Shown: positions 55,326 to 64,000 of the stretch, piece after piece
Position numbering within the stretch: position 1 is the stretch's first letter
Layout: each line of letters opens with the position of its first letter
Assembly: GCF_002113885.1 (NCBI RefSeq)
Contig: NW_018408747.1
Location: 692,485 to 756,484 of the forward strand
Source of the DNA: Mizuhopecten yessoensis
Taxonomy: Eukaryota
Direction: 5' to 3'
Length of the DNA stretch: 64,000 bases
Notes under the pieces: model-generated
What the model saw: the letters and a program-made list of their open reading frames with translations, nothing else
Database searches by the model: none
What the model was told of the DNA's origin: nothing
Position numbers and translations under genes: made by a program

Positions 55326-56949
55326 GCCGAATGTTGCTGGACACACTGCAAGACACGCGCCGAGACAGGTGAAACGTATACGCACGAAACTCTCAATCTA
55401 TCGGTTTATTGAAAAGGAATAAAAATACAAGAATGAGTTTTGTTCATACTGTATATGCATGCGACGAAAAACCTCACAATCTGCACAATTGCATCATAAC
55501 GATATGATGAGCCATGTATTAATAGTAAAACGATATCCTATATCTGGTATCACGGAATACATAACGAGACAGTGACGTTATACTGCCGAAAGTAGTGGAT
55601 GGCGCGCGATCATATTTCCTTCAAACGTACCGAGGATGCGTGTGTGGGTTCCTAGTTATTAATTATTGATAATAAGTTGTCAAGCGATGCAGGTGTTTCT
55701 AGAGCGGCGCGTTCGTATGACCATCCATCTCCGTGGTGTCCATCACGTGTTGGGCAATTAGGTACACGCGCACCTGTTGTGGCTGGAGGCTAACGACTGG
55801 AGGTCCAGTTGTCCAGCCCACCTGGTCGTCATAATTAGACCTATACTGGTTAACCCGTTATCATTGTCGCAGTGGTTATGCTGTTTTTGGAAAGAGAGAA
55901 TGACTACATCGGATCAATAATCTGTCCTATATGTCACCCCGACAACGGAAATTGTTGACACCCACTGACTCTGTAAACTACTGACGTCATTTAAGGATTA
56001 CGTCACTTAAACAGATTCCGGGTATATATAACAATGTAATCAGAAACACAGACATATTATCTTTCCATCTGTGTCATTCTACACCAATAACATAAATCTG
56101 GAAAGAAAAAAAGAAAAGAAAAAGGAGATAAAGCAAGACAACATGTTTTATTTGGAAATACACACGGATTGTATCACACATGTTGAAACAATTAATGACC
56201 ACACTTAGAAAGATGTTTTATAATTGCCATGTACAGCATGTGTACCGTAAGCATAATCCTTAAGTTCACAAACAGTTTGTAAGAAATAATCCTTACGTTC
56301 ACAAATATTTTGTAAGAAATAGGAAATACTCTTTGTTTAGTAATATCCTATGAACAAACTGTCAATGTCAAGGTTAAACTATAAAATGATTAAACTACTG
56401 TAGCAGTCGTACATTTAAAACCGCCCTATATGTGATTTCAACACTTTGTTTAACATTATCATTCCAATGCAGTTTCTACACACCCGATTTGTTATCTGAT
56501 AAATGGTTTTGCTCTCTTTACAGAATAAATCCTATTTACGTCAGTCATCCTGAAAAGAATACACTATTTACCAAAAGGTACGGAACTGGAATGAATGAAT
56601 GATGCCTTAGTTATATATCATTACTTACTGTTGTCAAACTCAGTTAATGACTCAAATGCGTTTCATGTACCTATTTTTTTGTTAATAAATGTGTTAATTA
56701 GTTATATGACGTCAAGAAAAATGTCTTGGTAAAAAATGACATTGGTAATTGACAATTGTAAAAGCGAATCCATCACTGTTCAAGATATCTGTTCCAATTT
56801 TGTTTTTGACGAAAAGCATTTTGGGCAGTTACTAAATACCCATCTTGTCATTGTTTTTGTCAAAAAAAAATATATTGGAAAACTCTGTTTCATGATCATA
56901 CTTTGGTTCAACCGCAAGGTCGTCCTTTAGGCATTATAAACAATCCCTG

Positions 56950-59095
56950 TCACTTTCTTCATGTCATTCAAGTAATTGTCATCGTTTTATTCCTTAAATC
57001 TGTCTTCCTGTTATTAATTTTACTCACGTAACGTCATCCATGTTCCTGTCGATCATCTTATCATTCCAGTTACTGACATCATGGTTTTCCTATTACTATC
57101 ATCCTGTCATTACTGTAACTGTCGTGATGTCTTTCCTGTTACAGTACTGTCATCCTGTCGTTCATGTTACTGTCACCATGTCGTTTATACTACTGTCATC
57201 TTAGCGTTCCTATTACTATCATCCTGTCGATCCTGATATTGTCATCATGTCAATTCTGTTACTGTCATCATTATTCCTGTTACTGTCATCTAGACGTTCC
57301 TGTTACAATCACCCTGTCGTTCCTGTATTATCATCATGTTTTTTTCTGTTACTGTCATCTTGACGTTCCTGTTACAATCACCCTGTCGTTCCTGATATTG
57401 TCATCATGCCTTTTCTGTTACTGTCATCTTGTCATTCCTGTAATCATGTCGTTCATATTACTGTCATCATGTCATTCATGTTACTGTCATTATGTCGTTC
57501 CTTTAACTGTCATCATGTCATTTATGTTACTGTCATCATTATTCCTGTTACTGTCATCATTATTCCTGTTACTGTCATCATTATTCCTGTTACTGTAATC
57601 ATGTCACTCACGTTACTACTGTCATTCCAAAAACTGACATCCTGCTATTCCTGTTGATTGCAGCATTTTATACCTGTAAATGTCAACATGCCATTCCATT
57701 TACCGTCATCTTATCAATCCTGTTACTCTCATCATCTCTTTCTGTTTCTGTCAACATGCCGTTCCTGTAACTGTCAGCATGTCGTTACTGTAACTGTCAA
57801 CATGCTGTTCCTGTAACCGTCAACACGTCGTTCCTGTAACCGTCAACACGTCGTTCCTGTATCCGTCAACACGTCGTTCCTGTAACTGTCAACATGCCGT
57901 TACTGTAACCGTCAACACGTCCTGTAACTGTCAATATGTCGTTCCTGTAACTGTCAACACGTCGTTCCTGTAACTGTCAACATGCCGTTCCTGTAGCTGT
58001 CAACACGTCCTGTAACTGTCAATATGTCGTTCATGTAACTGTCAACATATCGTTTTTGTTACTGTCATCGTTTCATTCGAGTTACTGTCAGCATTTCATT
58101 CCTGTTATAATAATCATGTCATTCCTGTTACTATCATAATGTCAATCAAGTTACTGGCATCTTATCATTCCTGTCACTGCTATCATGCCATTCATGTTAC
58201 TGTCATATTTTTGTTCTGTTACTGTCATGATTTTATTCCTTATATTTTCATTCTGTCACTGTCATCGTTTCATTTCTGTTACCGTCGTCGTGACATTCAT
58301 GTTACTGTCATCATTTCATCCCTATTACTGTCATTTTGCCATTCCGATTTCTATCATCATGTCATTTCTATTTTTGTCATCGTGTCTTTCCTGTTCCTGT
58401 TATGATATCATTTCTGTTACTGTCAGCATGCCATCCCTGTTACTGTCATCATGTCTTTGATGTTACTGTCATCATGTCGTTTCTGTTACTGTCATCATGT
58501 CATTGATGTTGCTGTCATCATGTCATTGATGTTACTGTCATCATGTCGTTTTCTGTTACTGTCATCATGGCATCCCTGTTGCTGTCATCATGTCATTGAT
58601 TTTACTGTCATCGTGTCATTTCTGTTACTGTCATCATATCTTTGATGTTACTGTCATCATGTCATTGATAACACTGTCATCGTATCTTTCTTGTTCCTGT
58701 TATAATATCATTTCTGTTACTGTCATCATGCCATCTCTGTTACTGTCATCATATCTTTGATGTTACTGTCATCATGTTATTGATAACACTGTCATCATAT
58801 CGTTCCTGTTCCTGTTCCTGTTATAATATCATTTCTGTTACTGTCAGTATGCCATCTCTGTTACTGTCATCATGTCTTTGATGTTACTGTCATCATATCT
58901 TTGATGTTACTGTCATCATGTTATTGATAACACTGTCATCATATCGTTCCTGTTCCTGTTATAATATCATTTCTGTTACTGTCAGTATGCCATCTCTGTT
59001 ACTGTCATCATGTCATTGATGTTACTGTCATCATGTCATTGATGTTACTGTCTTCATGTCATTGATAACACTGTCATCATATCTTTCATGTTCCT
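56950..59095. repeat. Degenerate 21-23-bp TGTCAT-rich minisatellite
   Basis: ctgttactgtcatcatgtcatt-like units; sub-array cctgtaactgtcaacacgtcgtt at ~57760-58050. Explains the Cys/His/Leu/Ser-rich ORFs. Confidence 0.92.
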
Positions 59096-61721
59096 GCACA
59101 TGGCTGGAACTTATAAACTTATTAGCGATAGAAAGACGTCCGTCGTCAAGCACCCCTCCTTCAACTTTTCCTTTAAAAGATCCCCTCTTGATTGGCTGGT
59201 CAGATTTTAGTCCAAAAGTCTTAAGCATCACAGGAAGACCAAGGGGACTCCATGCTGTATATACAAGGGGTGTTGTCACTTGAAACTTTGAACTACGTTC
59301 ACCGGTACTTACCGCACCTTAAACATTTATAAGGATACTCCTTCAGTACGGGGTTTGAAATTTCGGGCTGAAGCATTACTGGGCGGGTGGTGTTCAATGA
59401 TATTTAAACAAAGGGAGCGTCCTCCCTAGGGGTAGAGGTTCGGAACCAAATAGGGGAAGAGAGCTAAATGTTATTTTCTTCTGGTACATGTATTCTAGGA
59501 CTATGTACGTTGTGATTTGTTCAGACGATCCAGAACTAAACAACGAAACATCTTCTAGGTACAAAGGAAGATGTCTCAAGTATATCAACACAAAGTGACA
59601 TGGAATGAAAATTAAGACTATGTCGTCCCTGGTAAGACTACGTATATAATGGGCACAGAGAAGACGTGATTTGAAATCCATGTATAATCTCAGAATTGTA
59701 AAATTTCGTTTTGGCTGTAACATGTCTTTTATTAATTTTTAAGTGCTCAGAAACTGTCTTTTTTATATTTACTAATGAAAGTTATCAGCGAAAAATATGG
59801 AATGACACTGGTTATTAAGGTAAATGAAAACAAATTAAGAACCTGCATTACATGTAAGTATGAACAGAGCGTGAAACGAGAGTTTTGTGCCACCAGGAGT
59901 GTGAATAGAAACTATCTTTAATGTTTATATAAACCACGGACTTGGAAACCAAGATCTTTTTGCTGCAATAACGGTAGAGGGGAAGTAACTCTTATTCTGA
60001 ACCAGGAAGCGTCGCTTTCCCTACACTACGGCCTGCCATTATAAATCTTCTTGTGGCACCCACCCTGATCAGTCCATCATAATTGTATGCTGATCTATAT
60101 CGTGATAACTAATGTTGGTCAAATATAACCAAATACGATTAAAAAATAGTATATAATATAATAATAGGACGGTAAAGTTGTCACACCATCCGGTATAGTA
60201 AAGCTTACAACTGTTAAAGCTTACAATGTCAGCCCCTCTCGGCTTTCATCAATCATCCTCATTGACAGGTCATATACTGAAGTTTAGTAGGTATTTTTTA
60301 TGGAACAAAATTTCAAAGGACATTTTTTAAATTTTACGAACATAACGCAATTTACTTCAACTTCCGACGTATTGGATACAGAAAAGTAATTACTAGAATC
60401 TGATAACATTTCATGGTTATCCACTAGTGGGTAACACAATTATTTAATGGCCGATTTATTTATATACATATTTCGACGACTTATAACAATTATTTTAACC
60501 GTCATCTTCCAGTTGTTTCCCCGATCGGACACAAAAATATTGTATTTTAAAGTGAAACGTATGCTTTCCAAGATATAATACCAAAGTATGAACGCTATAG
60601 GAGAAAAAAAAGTCTCTAAACTCGACTGTTTTTCATAATTTTCTAATTCTAATTAGTTAGTTTATAAATTGTAAAAGTCAATCGGTAAGTGTGTCTTTAC
60701 ACAAATGATGAAAATTACTTTCCCCTATACTATTATCTGAGTGGATCTTTTTCATGCTCTGATTGTAGATCTCGATTAAGATATTACGATAACCAACCGT
60801 CACTCGTTTGGGGAACTTCTGTTTATAGCTGATGTTATGTAAAGGGAATTTAGGTCAAACGGCCAAAACGGCCCCACTGTAAAAACGGCCCTAGTTGAAA
60901 CGACCATTATATACATTTTGACAGGATTTTAAATAAAGGTAGCATTCAATATATTTACAATATGGTAATTGTTACTTATATCAAGTAATATAATTAGAGG
61001 TTGTCAGCCAACAATGCATCGCCATGGCAATGGCGTTGTTGTTGCCTTGCTCTTGCAAAGTTCTCCTTTCCGAAAAATCCATTATGATCAATGTCCGAAT
61101 TACATGTAATTTTGGAAAGTCACCGAAAAAGTCCATCCTGTTGTTACAAAGTTACGGTCTTACTGGTCACCGTCGGTCTAAGCGCATACACATGATGATA
61201 TATGAAAATAGGCAATTTGCCTCGAACGAACATAATTAAAAAACAATGCATTAAAAAACATTTTTGTTATTTTCATTTTTTAAACTTCAAAAACTTTCGA
61301 ACAGTATGAATTCATGGGTTTAGTTTGAGAAAAGGACCTGATAATTCGTTACAGCTAAAATAAGGTGTTTAAAGCAATGTTACGTGATATAAACCCCTAC
61401 AACGTGTAAACCACTCTGAACACATTAGTATAGGGTTCAAATAGCTGTAACAAATTGGTCCCTGTGGTTTCAATGTGTATTCAAATTAACTAGGCATATA
61501 TTTTTATTTTAGGTCTCTGCACAATATCGTGATAGGTATCAATATGTATTCTTTACTCAATATACTGTTTACAAGAGTATGTACACTTGCATGTGCCATG
61601 ATTTGTCTCGACCCAGATCTTGAGTTGCCGTTCCTTACTGTATTCCGTAATATTCCTAGTCGAATGCACGGCGTCCTTTGACACCAGGAACTCTCTAATT
61701 TTGGAGGTAACCTCTGGCGCA

Positions 61722-61773
61722 ATGGCGACTGCTAGAACTTTTCTGCGATACGGGCGGATTCTCTCAAGAAAAA
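61722..61773 (+). CDS. ACADS: ACADS coding exon 1 (mitochondrial targeting peptide)
   Basis: gcaATGGCG start; encodes MATARTFLRYGRILSRK plus 1 nt (Arg-rich, no acidic residues); donor AAA|GTATGA at 61774; phase 1 joins in frame to exon 63190. Too short for the ORF track. Confidence 0.8.
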
Positions 61774-62536
61774 GTATGAAATAACGTAGTTTATTCGCCA
61801 TGTCTTGACACAAATCGATGAAGTTTGGACCAATTTTGTATACTTCTCATATCTGTACTATGCTGCTTCGAAATACTTAGATTTTGTTGTTTTCTTTTTC
61901 GGGGTTATACAACCGGCTTCGTGACGTTCGTCCAAAGTTTGTGTTTGAACTGCGTCTTCGTTTGATAAGATAAAAGATAAGAAAGTTTTTGTTTAGAGTC
62001 GATGGGTTTCTATGAACAAAATAGCATAAGCACTGCAAGCCTTTTGACCGACATACACATACAAAAACATTGATGTTACAGACGTTTCAGTACTGTCGTT
62101 TCTGTACTTGTTATCACAGATGTCACCCCACCCCTCCGTGTGATAGTAATACCCTTATTTTTATATGATTATTATCTCAATTTACAGTCAGAATTGCAAA
62201 CACCTTTGTTGTTATGAACCGAAATGGAATGAAATGGACTTTAAATTGATATTGCTTCAAGAGAATGGACCTATAACTATGCATTGTTCATCACCAATTA
62301 CAGGCATATGTAAAAAATCGGGGGTTTATTTTTTTCTAATTTCGCAATTCACTACACAATTTTCGGTACCGTCATCAGAGCTACATGAAAAAAAAATGTT
62401 ATCGTTGGGGGCATATGTAAAAGATCGTGACTTATTTTTACCTTTTCTCTTTGGCAATAATGGCTAATGCCAATATAAAGCCTATTTTCCTTCATTTCGG
62501 TAATTCAACTCCCATTTCAGTTAATACCCCAACTGC

Positions 62537-62616
62537 CATCGTCCGATACCCAAGGCTGATTTCGCTTTGCTACGGGTGAGTAGTGAAGCGAAATCAGTCG
62601 TGGGTATGCGACGATG
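62537..62616. repeat. 80-bp imperfect palindrome in ACADS intron 1
   Basis: catcgtccgatacccaaggctgatttcgctttgctac pairs with gtagtgaagcgaaatcagtcgtgggtatgcgacgatg; loop gggtga. Confidence 0.9.
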
Positions 62617-63189
62617 CCCAACCGCTTGTTTAGTTAAGACATTTTGATACTGCCCAAAAGTTGTTTCGATACCTTATGGTTTTGAGTAGTTTGACTATAT
62701 AGCTAAATTTTCAGATGTTTTCACTTTGTTTGCATTTTATGTCCAGTTTGTTGCTTATTTTGTATTTTAAGATTTTTCGTCTTTACGAAAACATATCGAA
62801 GCATCATGATCCAATCCGTTTTGAATTGTGAAGTGAAAGTAGTTCAACAGTGTAATTTTTTTATATATATTATATTTGTTAAGGAAGTATCCTACCTAAG
62901 TGGAAATTTATTTATTGTTTCATGCACGGAAGCAAAGATCTGTCTTAAATTTGCTCATCATCTTTATATACTTTGTATGTAAGGTAGGCATTCAGCAGAG
63001 TACACCTAGCCTGGTATTAATCCACCAAACTTCTTAACTCAAAGAACATTCTCGAGTATCGAGAATGCCTAGAACATTGAAGTTTGATTAAGAACTCTCT
63101 TAGTATAGTGCTGCAGCTATGTGATTGAGAGATTCGATTGAAATATGTTTAAAAATAGTCATCATGATATATATTCTTTTTTTTGCCAG

Positions 63190-63341
63190 ATGTGTTTGCT
63201 GCTAGTAGACCACTGTCTAGTTTATCAAGTTTACCAGACACACATGAGATGTTAAGACAGTCTGTGAGAGATTTTGCAGACAAAGAATTGGTACCAATAG
63301 CAGCAAAGCTTGACAAAGAACACCTGTACCCGGCAGAGCAG
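63190..63341 (+). CDS. ACADS: ACADS coding exon 2, short-chain acyl-CoA dehydrogenase; gene continues beyond the window
   Basis: Acceptor ttcttttttttgccAG, donor CAG|GTAAGA. Peptide [37 protein letters not shown] closely matches the recalled vertebrate ACADS N-terminus (LPETHQMLxQTCRDFAEKELxPIAAQxDKEHLFPxxQ), with the same recalled intron position after Q. Confidence 0.93.
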
Positions 63342-64000
63342 GTAAGACGGATACTTTACCTGTATGTGGTGGAGCTGTCAAATACATGCCTTTCATGATC
63401 AGATGGATAAAGTCCTTCACTAAAATAATAACAAGACAATTTATAACTGCAATTTCCTTAAGATATCTGCACTGAGAAATAAAACCAGCGGCAGATCCAC
63501 AGGCTTTCCTAGGCTTTATGTATTTTTCCAATTTGGACCCCCCCCCCCCCCCCCCCCACAAAAAAAGAGATTATTAACAACCTCAACAGTTGGTATTTTC
63601 ATATTATACACCAATTTAAGAGATAAACATGTACTTGTAAGATGAGATACATCAGCACTACATGTAAGAGGTAAGCATAAAGTGTCTTGTTTTACACAAT
63701 CTGATTAAAGTCATATCTTACATTCTCTACATATAACATAACGTGATACGTAGAGAAGGTAGGATATGATTTTAATCAGATTGTGTTTTACACTGTATAT
63801 TTGTACACATTTGATACAAATAAACATATTTAAATAATCTTTCAGCAGAGGTGGTGTTTGCATATATATAAGTCACCAACAACCCGTTATCTGGAAAAAA
63901 CCCACTTGAAAAACCAAAGTAAAAAATAGTTTGTTTACAAAATTATGATTGTGCCTGTACTACTGTACTATTTGCAAATAGTCAGCAATTAGAGGCTTGT

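Noticed and set aside
57164-58645. Cys/His-rich ORFs resembling metal-binding proteins
   Set aside because: Translations of the TGTCAT-rich minisatellite, overlapping in several frames.
3720-59095. Repeat unit lengths near helical-turn multiples (41, 42, 43, 51, 51, ~22)
   Set aside because: Units of 36, 47 and 70-71 do not fit, and the sample is too small.
59031-59279. 82-aa minus ORF with protein-like composition
   Set aside because: No recognisable homology, runs into the minisatellite, no supported exon chain.
61024-61239. ORF MAMALLLPCSCK as ACADS exon 1
   Set aside because: No phase-1 donor and the ATG sits in a palindrome; 61722-61773 fits far better.

Overview
AT-rich animal genomic DNA, not prokaryotic: no operons, CRISPR arrays, rRNA or intact tRNA genes. 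The SINE families suggest a bivalve mollusc, possibly a scallop (inference from memory). The only protein-coding gene I can support is the 5' end of ACADS (mitochondrial short-chain acyl-CoA dehydrogenase; + strand exons 61722-61773 and 63190-63341, continuing past the window). The other ~61 kb has no recognisable coding exons. It contains a good candidate miR-242-family hairpin (31118-31168, +) and a chain of apparently non-coding minus-strand exons from ~49.3 kb to ~1.1 kb (lncRNA, or long 5' UTR of a gene left of the window). It also holds several CpG/TF-motif-rich islands, about ten tandem-repeat arrays (largest: 36-bp satellite 51850-55325, 41-bp satellite 15140-16746) and many decayed mobile elements (CR1, L2, HERO-like, Penelope-like, Meta/Nin/V SINEs, MITEs). 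Nearly all ORFs in the track look spurious. I found no convincing new biological system; the best leads are the miRNA locus and the long spliced non-coding transcript. Family assignments rest on recalled motifs, not searches, and boundaries of decayed elements are approximate.
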